64,000 bases of DNA, from NCBI GenBank assembly GCA_964016885.1, contig OZ024743.1, positions 13,640,001 through 13,704,000 on the forward strand, given 5' to 3'. Shown piece by piece: positions 1 through 11,100 of the stretch. The position numbers were made by a program, and so were the translations under genes. This stretch comes from Eledone cirrhosa. Taxonomy: Eukaryota. Every line of letters starts with the position of its first letter. The stretch's first letter is position 1. The notes under the pieces are model-generated. The model was not told the origin of the DNA and did not search any database. It saw only the letters and a program-made list of their open reading frames with translations.

Positions 1-1399
1 ATTTCCGGCCTTCAGATTTTCTGGACGTTGTCTTTACACAAATTGAGCTGTGGCGTTGTGATCTATTCTAGAGCTGTTGTATGCCCAAATAACACTGGGA
101 AACAAAAAAGATTTCTATGTTAGACCTTATGGAAATATATTAGGAGTTGATCGTTAATCTAAATTCATCTGCATAATTAAAGAGCAGCCCTAATATTGCT
201 TATGTTTTTTGATGTTTCTGTTTCTCATGTCTATTGTATATAATATTAAGAAGGATTATTAAATTTAACAGTTAATGACGAAACTTTATCAAGAAGAAAA
301 TATGTAAATCATCCAAATATTTTTTTTTGTTTCATATTTTGAAGAGTATGCGTTCATTAAACAGAGAAAATATAATAAGAGTTTTGGGAAAATACATATT
401 TTGTCTACTTAAATTTAAATCTGGAGGTTCCTATAAAAGCCATGGTTTTCTCACGATGTGTATAAAACCTTTACGGAACATCTTTGATAATGAACTAAAG
501 AAATATGGTGGAAGTATCTGGAGGCTGGTATACCATTGGTATGGCGAGAACAATGAAACAAAGAGTGAAGAGTGTTACTTTGTTAGGTAAATATAAAAGT
601 TATCAAATGGCCTAACCGTAATAAATGAACGTATCCTCACAAAGGGTAAGCTAGATGGTCCTATGTATATTCAAAGGAAATGCCTGTCTCATCACTCAGC
701 CAAATTGAAGATGATGAATTCTGTTCAAACAAAGAAAGCATATGAAGGTAAAATGACAGTTGTTTTGAAGGAACGTCAACAATTGCAGACAGTTTTAGTC
801 AACACAAATTGAAAGACCAAGTAAGAAACGGTGTTCGGGTAAATCGTCTGAAGTCTTAGCTTCCAGAGTTGGAGAAAATAATTGAATGTTATTGGGAAGC
901 AAAATCAGGTTTGATCGCGTCGGAAAATTATTTTTTCTTCGTCTTCCAACATATGAAGTGTTTATTTCACCTACAGACACTCCGTAACTGATTACGCAAA
1001 ATGGAATGGCTGTGTCTCATAGATAACTCACGACGGATATAAAAACCTGCTCCGTGCAGAGGCAACTAATACAAATTAAAAGCAAATGGTCACTTCATTG
1101 GTTTGAATGTGTGTTTGGTAGTCAATGTCTATTCAGAAGTGGTTTGTAATTTTGAATATATACATACATATTTGCTTTCGTATTTGATCTGGAGCAACGG
1201 TAGAGTGAGAAAAATCTTGGAATTTAGGAAACCCCACCAAAATCTAAAGGCTCATTACGTAGTATCTCGCTTGTAGCGGGGTCATTTAATTGGTGACACT
1301 GAATTCATCCGGTCTTTGAGGTTGAGCTTGTTTTGACCTACGTAATCATTGTTAGACTTTTTATATTCAATGGAATATATTAATTATTTTGATGAACAT

Positions 1400-2423
1400 G
1401 TTAAAGATTTGTTTTTCCAATTGTCCTGATTTTAATTAACAAAGTGTGTCCTCAACGGGGTTAATGCTAGTCCAAAATTAGGGTCACCACACTTTATGAA
1501 TGTTGCTGTCGAGTTTTATATGCGATATTGGGTGTCCTTTGCTTTTGGTTATTTTATGTGTTTCCTGTGATATTTTTTATTCTTGTCCCTTGTCGCAACA
1601 GTGGGATGTTTTGTGGGTAATATGTTATGCCTCTCTATTACTTGAATTGTGTGTTGACATATAGGATATTGAATGTATCTGAAGTTGTTTTTGTTTTCGC
1701 ATTTCTTAAATATCCATTGCTTTTGCACGTTCTATTTCGTTGTCTATTAATAACTGTTTCTACTTTTGGCACAAGGCCAGCAATTACCCAGTACATAACT
1801 GGTACTTTATTTTATCGAACCCGTAAGGCAAAGTTAACCTCGGTGGGATTTGAACTCAGAATGATAAGGGCCGTAACTCTATGCGCCAAAGCATGGCGTC
1901 CGACCCTCTACCGATACTGCCAATCCACCAATAACGATGGGTACTGTGTTTCGAGTAGAATTTCTATTAGATCTTGGAGTTTATTATTCCGAGTTTCATA
2001 ATTTGAGACAGTTGTACAGATTCGTCTTGCTAGATTAAATGGAATATTTGTCATTGTATCTTTCATATGACTTTAGCTGAATAGTATCTGTTGGTTTGTG
2101 TTGAATGTCTGTTTCAACATTTGTGTCTATTTTTATGATTAAGATTGTTCAACAATAGAAGTTGCTTTTGACTATAGTACGTTGTGAATTGGATATTGTT
2201 CATTGAGTTGCCCGATTGTGTGCGTCCAGAGGATACGGCAATCATCTAAGTAACATTACCACCTGTTTACTATATATTTGGGGGAATAATTTTATCTGCA
2301 TAGGTTCATGTACCTGGACTGTCGGGCACGGCATGATGGAACTGGTGTAAGTCGGAGAAACTTTTGTCCACATTGTAGTGCCCGATACCTTTTTGTAAAT
2401 ATTGCCATTTATACAAAAAAGAT
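1400..2423 (-). pseudogene. Degenerate Penelope-like reverse transcriptase fragment
   Basis: Minus strand gives NLFCINGNIYKKVSGTTMWTKVSPTY (GTAMG-like), W*CYLDDCRILW (YxDD at 2241-2252) and ETDIQHKPTDT...NIPFNLARRICT. Many stops and frameshifts; interrupted by a SINE. Lower boundary approximate. Confidence 0.75.
1755..1929 (-). mobile_element. tRNA-derived SINE (same family as 22997-23180)
   Basis: Reverse complement of the 22997 copy (B-box-like GAGTTCAAATCCC, GGG-TCGATAAAATAAAGTACCAG core). Flanked by AATAAC at 1749-1754 and 1930-1935. Confidence 0.8.
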
Positions 2424-2772
2424 TCTTCTTCTTCTTCTTCTTCTTCTTCTTCTTCTTCTTCTTCTTCTTCTTCTTCTTCTTCTTCTTCTTCTTCTTCTTC
2501 TTCTTCTTCTTCTTCTTCTTCTTCTTCTTCTTCTTCTTCTTCTTCTTCTTCATTCGCCTACTGTTTTTACTCCTTCTCCTGGTCTCCCCTCTCATCATCG
2601 TTATCAGCATCATCAACATCATCATCTTCATGATCGTGATGATCATCCTCCTCCTCATCATCATCATCACCATCACGATCGTCATTATCATCTTCACCAC
2701 CACCACCACCACCACCACCACCACCACCACCACCACCACCACCACCACCACCACCACCACCACCACCAGCAG

Positions 2773-2804
<32 letters not shown>

Positions 2805-2890
2805 TTATCGTCGTCATCATCAGCATAAACACTACCACCGCCATCCCAATCATCACCGCCATCACAATCATCATCATCATCATCATAATC
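2424..2890. repeat. Compound trinucleotide microsatellite (TTC)n-(CAT)n-(CAC)n-(CAT)n
   Basis: Directly visible; explains the poly-K/H/F/T ORFs. Confidence 0.97.
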
Positions 2891-4149
2891 ACCGCATGAA
2901 TATTTCTTCTCCGTTATTGTCGTCTGGTGACAGCTGCATTGAGAGTAAACTTTACTTTATTACGAAATATGAAGTTAGATGTACACAGAGGCTTTCAAAT
3001 ATATAAGATGCCTATATGACATATATATGATAAATATATATTAGGAATATGAATATGATGTATGCATATGATGTGTGTAAGAGACATCAGTTGAGGGAAA
3101 TGAGTTATGTGTATATGTGTACGTGTAAGTTTGTTATATATATATTCAGACAGACACACACACACATACATAAACACACACACACACATATATATATATA
3201 TGTGTGTGTGTATGTGAGTGTGAGTGTATGGGTATGTATGTGTGTATATGTATCTGTCTGTGTGTGCGTGTGTGTTGGTTGGAGTGTGGGTATGTGTAGG
3301 TTTGTGTGTGTGAATATTATATATAAATCTATATACTGATGTGTGTATTTGTGCGTGTTGCTTTCTTTATATAGAAACCGTAGTTTCTTTCCGGATTCAA
3401 TGAAATGGAAAATATGTTAATTTTCTCAGTTATATATTTTTCCAATACACTGTTATAAACATAATGTTTCTTACTGAAGCTTCAGTTTACCTGTTTATCT
3501 GAGAACAACAGCTGACGAATGTGATCACCCACATTATTACCAACTACGGCAATTCTGTCACTAACGCCACTATCGTCGTAATCGACGTCATATTTGTCAC
3601 ATTGTCATCAATAATATCATCCCTCTACTTGTCCTTGTCCTAGTCCTCATAATCTACATCATATTTCTTTTAGTTGAAGTGTAAATCAACTTAAACTTAT
3701 TGTATCTACGCAGCAACGCAATAAATCAAATACTGAGTTTTAACACCTAAAGAGTTTTGCTTGATAGCAAGGCCATCATATGTGTATTGTATAAAAACAT
3801 ATAGTATATTATTTCATATAAACAGTTATTAAGTTTAAGCCCTGTCTTACTGCTACTGCTAATGAATTATCACCCGCCAATTTCTATCCGATAGTTTCTA
3901 TTTGGTATATGCAAATGAGCAGCTTAGCAAGTGTTCATCACACAAAATCTAGTCTACATTCATGTCAGTATCAGTTGAGTGAATATCACAGAGAAAAGAT
4001 AAAGTAATCTCTAAAAGTCGTTGTTTAGCGTTCTCGACCGCTACTGACAAAATCCGTGAGGTATTCATGACAAAAATAGATTTCTTCTTTGATTAAGAGT
4101 CTACTATATGTGTATTGTATAAATATATAACACGTGTTTTTATATACAT

Positions 4150-4757
4150 CCAAGGAGGCAGAGGAGTTGATGCAGGAGGTGGAGACTGTATCGCCGAGAA
4201 TGAATGAGATTAAGACGAAGTATCTGGTGGAGAATATTAAGAAGCCAGAGAAGATTATGAATGTACGCGGGAAGCCGCTAGAATTGGTTAAGGACTTCCT
4301 GTATCTGGGAGCAAAGATTGGAAACATAGAGGATGATGTAGTTGAGAAGAAGAGCAAAGCCTGGGGGGGGGGGGGGGGGTGTGCCACAGATTGAGATCGG
4401 TGTGGGAGTCGGACCTTCGTAAGGACCTACTGATCCATCTCTTCGTTGCTACAGTGGAGTATGTGCTGCTGTACAGGTCTGAGACTTGGACACTGACATG
4501 AAGCTCACTAAGATGGGAGATGGGTGCTATACGAGAATGCTGAGGATGGCTATGCACATTAATCAGTATAAACTGAGGATGAAGAACTCAGAGCTGTACG
4601 GGAGCCTCCCAAAAGTTACCACTAAAATAACACAGGGCCAACAGGTTAGCTGGACATGCTCACCGACATGCAGAGTTGGCACTGCACTCAGTGCTCCTGT
4701 GGGAGCCCCTGCACGGACACACTAGAAGAGGGAGACCGAGGTTGACATATGTCCTAA
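4150..4757 (+). mobile_element. RTE-clade LINE, degenerate 3' fragment
   Basis: LELVKDFLYLG, LFVATVEYVLLYRSETWTL, DGCYTRMLRMA, RLAGH and LLWEP..GHTRRGRPRLTY across frameshifts; typical RTE post-RT C-terminus. Confidence 0.8.
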
Positions 4758-4834
4758 GGACAGGCACATGTATGTGTGTGTATATATGTGTGACTATATA
4801 TAGTCACACATATATACACACACATACAGTGCGT

Positions 4835-5743
4835 GCTATAAGTGATAATGCGCAACATATGCTGAGACTACAGCCTCTTCAGATATTAGTAAATGTTGAA
4901 AACATCTAGTCACCGTATATGAGACATCCGTTCCGCATCTCGTCTCTTTGACAGAGCTGCTGCCATGATTCAATCAAAGACAAAGACTGGGCGCCTGGCA
5001 TCTGGATAATTGTCCTGGGCTCCATGTCTCTACCAGTTTGCAAAGGCGGTCAATGAAATTCCACTCTAGAGTTCTAGAAAGGAATTGCCGTGGGCAGGTT
5101 AGAACATCGAAGCCAGGACCTATGATCAACTTCCAGAATTCCCTTGCTGGACAGTTCTCCATGCACTCGTCTAGTGTCTGTGCATTACTGGCTTGTGGAA
5201 TTTTTTCGAACAGCTATTATTGCCTCTAGAGCAGATCCAGCTATCGACCATGCCCATTGTGAAAATCACCCTTCCACCTACATTTGGTCAGGAAAGGTAT
5301 GCAGTTTTCGTCTGCCCGGTTGAGAGGTGGACGTTGCTGAAACGAATGAAGACAAACACTTTTATATTCGGCCAAGCTCCCATCAACTTTTTCAACTTCA
5401 ACTTGGAAAGAAAGGGGAAGATGGAGTGGGAAATGATACACCTCAGTTAATTTGTTAAAAGGTGTGCAAATGTAGCGAGGATCACCCGTGTGATAAGCCT
5501 ATTCAGACTGTACACTTCTAGGCCGGCTAGTGAGGAGAGCAAAGGGACACGCTTCTAGGGTGTTCTTGGTGAGTATGTTAGTTTAGGATTAGTGGGATTC
5601 CTAAGGCGGCCTTGGGTGGTACTGCCATTACTGAGGAATGTTATTGCTATACAGGTTTTACTCCATTTTTATGTAAACCCCTACCGTCGCAGCTTTTTGT
5701 ATTGTCCCCTATATGTCGGCCCTTGTGGCCAATAAATGAAATC
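4835..5743 (+). mobile_element. Old, decayed 5'-truncated Tx1-like element (relative of the adjacent intact copy)
   Basis: HMLRLQPLQ, PHLVSLTEL, PGPMINFQNSLAGQ and EQIQLSTMPIVKITLPPTFGQERYAVFVC align by eye to the C-terminus of ORF2 8137-11556. Ends GGCCCTTGTGGCCAATAAATGAAATC followed by ATTATT. Confidence 0.85.
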
Positions 5744-5761
5744 ATTATTTGTTGTAATAGT

Positions 5762-5764
<3 letters not shown>

Positions 5765-5794
<30 letters not shown>
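5765..5794. repeat. (ATT)n tract at the 5' junction of Tx1-A
   Basis: Ten ATT units immediately before GAATGCC. Confidence 0.95.
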
Positions 5795-6007
5795 GAATGC
5801 CATGGTTGACGGAGGCTCGGCTCTGTAAGGTATAGTAATTTTTAACCGTTGGAACAATTGTAAATTGTTTAAAACTTGAACCAAATTGTTGATAAAGACA
5901 CCCTCCTCCTCGTGAGAGGGGTCTTTCTGTCCGTTATTTGGCCCTTCGGGGTTGAATAACCAGTTGTTGGGGTTTTGTACCCAAAATTTCATTTTAAACA
6001 AAAAAAC

Positions 6008-8101
6008 ATGGCTACGAAAAAGAAATTTCATACGTCACTCCCACTCATTCCGTCTTCTTCTTCCTCAATCATCACTACAGCAGAGAGAAGATTGTCTCTC
6101 TCCCTCCCTTCTTTAAATGTGTCTCTCTCCCTCCCTTCTCTTTCGCAAGTGACGAAAGAAAAGAAAAGTCTCGTGCAAAGCGTGCAAGGTTTCTCCACGA
6201 CGACGACAGCGACGAAACAGGTGTGCGGGAAATACGAAAACCCAGTTCATTCGTCTGACGTCAGGAATAATAGCAGTAGCAGCCGTAATAACAACAGCAA
6301 CAGTGACAATGAAAACAACAGTAGCAGCCGCAACAGCATCACCAGCAGCATAAACAACAACAGCATTAGCAGCAGCAACACCAACAACAACCACAGCAAC
6401 AGCGGCGGAGGCAGTAGTCGTAGTACCTGCAGCAACAACAAAAGTACCAGCAGCTCTGACGACAACAACAACAGCAGAGAAAAACCAATCTCATTTGCAG
6501 GTATTGCGAAAAACCTGGAAACAATCCTCATAACAAATGAGGAATTAGAGGAAGCGAAGAAGATGGTGACCAAGAACGGACACCGAGCAATCTGCAAGGC
6601 AGCGAAAAATTTTTTCGAAACCCAAGAGCACTGTACGGTCACGTACCGTACAGTAAGTACAAAATCCCGTAGGGTGGAAAGAGCCACAGAGGCCCAAATA
6701 CAAAAAGCCTTGGGGTCTGTGTGGCAGCGGAAAACGCACATCACCCGAGGCAAAAAATATGCCACCGTAGACGTACTTTTTGCCACACCCCAGGAGGCAA
6801 AGGCCCAATCAGTAGTGACCCTAAGGAGCGAGGAAATGGTGTTGGTGCCCTCCTACTGTGGGCAAAAAATTGTGAGGGTCAAACTGACCCACGTCCCCCC
6901 CGGAATGACCCCTTCTTGGCTGGCCGCGTCTGTCCTCGTCGGAATCGAGGACAAAACAACTGTACTGCAAGTACAGAAAAAAGTAAGAGAAGATTGGGTC
7001 GGCTCCTCCATTGAGATGCTAATCCAAACCAACCAGGAGTGCATCGAAGCTATCCCGGATGTGATAGACTTCGATAACGGCACTCAACTGCCCATAAGTG
7101 TTGAGGGCAAACGCCCGAAATGCTTTCGCTGTGGATCGAAGACTCACCTCAGGGCCTTCTGCAACGAGAAGACCCTGAGAAAGGAGAAAACCCCCCTCCT
7201 TCCGAATCCGGCTCCACGGCTACCAGCAACAGGACAAGCGGCAACCAGGAACGATAGGCCCGTGGCACCCATACCCACTCCACGGAAATCAAAAACAGCA
7301 GCAGCAGTGGAAATACTAACAACAACAACAGCAATACCAAATGCAGCTGCAACAGAGACTCCAGTGCAAACATCACCAACAACAACAAGTGAAAGAGTGG
7401 AGTTGGTACCCCTCCCCGACCTCACAGAATCAGACATGGAGTGTGAGGTGGGAGAGAGATGGCAAAAGGTCGTAAGAAGGCACAAACGCAGAAGCAGCGC
7501 ATCGTCGCCTTTGAAAAGTGAGGAAAGAAATGAGAAAAGGGTAAAGTCTACTGCAAAGAGACCCACAGCAGCAACAACACCAACACCATCACCACCCACA
7601 CTAGCGCCACCATCACCACCGGCGACAACCCCACCGCCAACAACACCTTCAACACCACCACCACAAGCACCAACATCGCAAACACAACAACAAAACACAC
7701 ACACCCAGCAACAACGACAAGAAAATAGCAGAACCACACCCCACCCCCAGAAAAACAAATGCACGGCAATAAATACACACAACAAGAAACTAATGACTTA
7801 CATAATTGAACACACAGACATTTCACAACAGGACTACATAATACCAGCACCAATCAAAACGCCAACTAACATAAGACTGCTAAAAATAGCACAGAAACAA
7901 TACACAAATATTAAAACGAAATTCCCCAACGCAGTTGGTGATTTCAGGGACCTAGGAGGAACCATCAATCGAAGAGTATACTCAGACATTCTCTTAGAAG
8001 AGCCGACGACCAGCCGAAGGGACGATTCAACGGTCCCTTCACCAGACGATCAAGTGAAAAGGGATGTAAAAACCATCCCTCCTCTACCAAAAGTACGGTA
8101 A
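6008..8101 (+). CDS. Tx1-A ORF1, gag-like nucleic-acid-binding protein
   Basis: First ATG at 6008. CCHC knuckle CFRCGSKTHLRAFC; low-complexity N/S-rich and P/T-rich arms; core homologous to ORF1 of the 53 kb and 60 kb copies (ISVEGKRPxC). Confidence 0.9.
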   Translation: MATKKKFHTSLPLIPSSSSSIITTAERRLSLSLPSLNVSLSLPSLSQVTKEKKSLVQSVQGFSTTTTATKQVCGKYENPVHSSDVRNNSSSSRNNNSNSDNENNSSSRNSITSSINNNSISSSNTNNNHSNSGGGSSRSTCSNNKSTSSSDDNNNSREKPISFAGIAKNLETILITNEELEEAKKMVTKNGHRAICKAAKNFFETQEHCTVTYRTVSTKSRRVERATEAQIQKALGSVWQRKTHITRGKKYATVDVLFATPQEAKAQSVVTLRSEEMVLVPSYCGQKIVRVKLTHVPPGMTPSWLAASVLVGIEDKTTVLQVQKKVREDWVGSSIEMLIQTNQECIEAIPDVIDFDNGTQLPISVEGKRPKCFRCGSKTHLRAFCNEKTLRKEKTPLLPNPAPRLPATGQAATRNDRPVAPIPTPRKSKTAAAVEILTTTTAIPNAAATETPVQTSPTTTSERVELVPLPDLTESDMECEVGERWQKVVRRHKRRSSASSPLKSEERNEKRVKSTAKRPTAATTPTPSPPTLAPPSPPATTPPPTTPSTPPPQAPTSQTQQQNTHTQQQRQENSRTTPHPQKNKCTAINTHNKKLMTYIIEHTDISQQDYIIPAPIKTPTNIRLLKIAQKQYTNIKTKFPNAVGDFRDLGGTINRRVYSDILLEEPTTSRRDDSTVPSPDDQVKRDVKTIPPLPKVR

Positions 8102-8136
8102 GTGGTCTTTCCCATCTTTTCCACTCTATTTTAAAC

Positions 8137-11100
8137 ATGACCTCACTCAGAATAGGCAGCATAAATGCGCGTGGCTTGGGGTCGTCATGGAAGCAGGGTC
8201 ACCTGCTCAACGACCTCAGGTCACTAAACATAGATGTAGTGGCCATCAGCGAGACCAGAATCTCCGAAGCACGGGCCTTCGCACCGATCTTCGGCGGCTT
8301 CGATGTGTACGCATCTCCCAGCCGTCCTGGATCCGGTGGAGGAGTTGCTGTGCTTTTTCGGAGAGGTTTGGATCTCGCCATACGGGCCATCTTCCTGGAC
8401 CCAGAGGGTAAGCTGGTGGTGCTGGACGTGACCAGCGGAGACGGGCAAGCTTTCAGGCTAGTGGCCGTCTATGCCCCGACAGGAGCAGGGCGGCCTGATT
8501 TCTTCCGGCGTCTGGAGACCTTTCTTGGAACGTCCCGCTCTTTAGTGTTAGTGGGCGACTGGAACGGGATCTTAGATGCACGCTGGGACTGTGTGGGATT
8601 AGCGGATAGGGGTGGAGGGTGCAAGAGCCTCACCAACCTGCTCAGGCGTTTTGAACTGTCTGACAGGTACCGATTGGATTTCCCGAATGTGCCAATGTGG
8701 ACTTGGACAAACCGCATAGGGTCATCCAGATCATATCTAGATAGAGTATTTTGTAGGGAAATAGATAGGTCTAGCATAGGCTGTCCACAATTCAAGATAG
8801 TCAGCTACACGGACCACAAATTCGTGATCTGTGTGCTTGACTTAGATAGGCTTCATAGACGAGGACCCGGCTACTGGAAGCTAAACGCGTCCTTACCAGC
8901 GCGCAAGGCCTACAGAGACCGGATTAGCGAACTAGTTAAGCGGGCGTTGACGGGGGCCATCGTCAACAACAAGTGGTGGTTTGCTCTGAAAAGAGCGATT
9001 AGAATAGAATCGATTAGGTTTAGTAAGGCTTTAGCAATAGAGAAAAATAGAGCAGAGGGAGAACTAGTTAGAAAATTAGACGAGGCGCTTAGCAAAGGCA
9101 TTGCGACCGACGTGCTTGCGGCGAAATTGGCCCTTGACCAATTCTTCAATGCAAAGCACGAAGGCTGCGTTGTCAGAGCTAGGGTGCGTGCTCTCAGACA
9201 CGAGGGGACGAAAGCCGTTCAATGGGCCCGAGTGGCGGAGGCGCGTCGTGGCAACAAAGCCACGATCCGGTCTTTGGTGGACCACGACGGGCGCATGCTA
9301 CTCGATCCCGGGCAAATGTGTGAAGCTTTTCAGCGACACTTCGCTCAGCTGTTCGGGGGCAGCGGGGGGCCGGGTAGAGGGATGGACTTTAGTGTCTACC
9401 TCGACGGACTGCCGCGGCTCTCGGCCACTGAGGCGAAGTGTTGCGAAAAGCCGATAACAGCCGCTGAAGTACGGGAGGCAATGACTGGCTGCACAAGGGG
9501 TAAATCGCCTGGTTTGGATGGTCTGCCCTATGAACTTTACGTACAGATGCCAGACTTGTTCGGAGGCCTCTTGGCGGACGTCTACTGCAACTGGCAACAG
9601 AACGGGAGAATTCCCAGTTCTGTGAGCCGAGGAGCGGTGGCACTGCTGAGAAAGGATCCGAACAAGGGGGATAACATAGACAATTTCCGGCCCATAACTC
9701 TGCTAAACACAGAGTTTAAGATTTTGGCCAAGGTGCTAGCAAAGAGGTTGGCGCTTGTCGTTGGTGGTCTGGTGGGAGAGGCGCAGACATGCGCCATTCC
9801 CGACAGATCCATCCACGACAACCTCCACCTCATGCGATACATCGTAGAGAGGGTAGCTAGGGAACCTGGCACGGGTGGGTCCTTGATCAATTTAGATCAG
9901 TCGAAAGCTTTCGATAGGGTCGACCATCGTTACCTAGCGGCAGTCCTGAGGGCGGCTGGCTTTGGGCCCGTCTTCAGAGGCTGGATCGCTGCCATGCACA
10001 GCGACATCTGCTCTGTGGTGAGAGTGAACGGTCACCTGTCGGAACCGTTCAACATCATGCGCTCGGTCCGCCAAGGATGTCCCCTCTCGTCCCTCTTGTA
10101 CGTATTGACTCTCGAGCCATTACTGCACAAACTGGAGACGTTGAGGGGAGTCCCGCGCGAACTAGGATGCGGAAGATCCGTGTCAGCATATGCGGACGAT
10201 GTCACCGTAGTGGTGTCGAACGCCAAACACATCGAGGCGATCGGCACTACACTAAGAGAATACGAAGCGGTGACAGGAGCAATGATCAACCAGGAAAAGT
10301 CAGTGGGCCTGCAGCTCGGCACCTGGAGAGGCAGGTCCATGCCGTCCAACAGCGTCGTCGGGCGCTGGACGGACGGACCGGTTAAATTGCTAGGGGTCTG
10401 GTTCGGTCCGGACCTCCAGACGGACAAAAACTGGGACGAGGTGACGAGCAGGGTGGCTTCTCTCACCCAGAAATGGGCGGAGAGGAAGCTATCCCTGAAA
10501 GGTCGAGCGGAGGTGGCTAACGCGTACATCGCGTCTGTCATCTGCTACCGCCTAACCGTCGTACCTTGTCCTAAGCCTCGCCTGACTGCGCTGGAGCGTT
10601 TGCTCTTTCGCTTTTTGTGGAAGGGACGTGCTCCGATGGTCAGGCGGTCCATCTGTTGTCAACACCCGCTACGTGGAGGGCTGGGCATGCCGTGGCTGAT
10701 GATGCGCAGGCACGCGCTCAGGCTACGACATCTCCACCTCTTCCTCGACGGTGATCAGGTGTGGTCGCCGTTTGCTAGACGCGTTTTTCCCCAGCTCGTT
10801 TCCTTGACGGAGCTGCAGTCCTGGGTCAAGCGAAGACCGAGAGGGAGCGCCTGGAGACTGGAATGTCTTCAGGCGCTCACAGCCCTCGACCAATCGGGCA
10901 ATGTGATCGGTGGAAGCTCCACCTCGGCGTTCTATAGAGGATTAGTGGAGGGGAAGAGCGACGACGTACTTGGGGAAACTCTAGGCGTCGACGAAAATCA
11001 ACTAGCCAATCTCTTCGGAAGAACTTTCGGGCCGGGGCCTATGGACAACTTCCAGAAATCTCTGGCCTGGCAGTGCTACCGAGGAGCCTTGCCAGTTCGG

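Noticed and set aside
327-980. Short ORFs at the window start
   Set aside because: No recognisable motifs; possibly decayed TE sequence but unsupported.
2242-3339. Long ORFs with poly-K/H/F/T/V runs
   Set aside because: Translations of trinucleotide and dinucleotide microsatellites. Only the tail of 2242-2892 (-) is real PLE RT remnant.
5894-5926. TCCTCGTG resembling the L3 loop of HDV/R2-type ribozymes in the Tx1-A 5'UTR
   Set aside because: No P3 or upstream P1 partner could be built; it folds as a simple hairpin.
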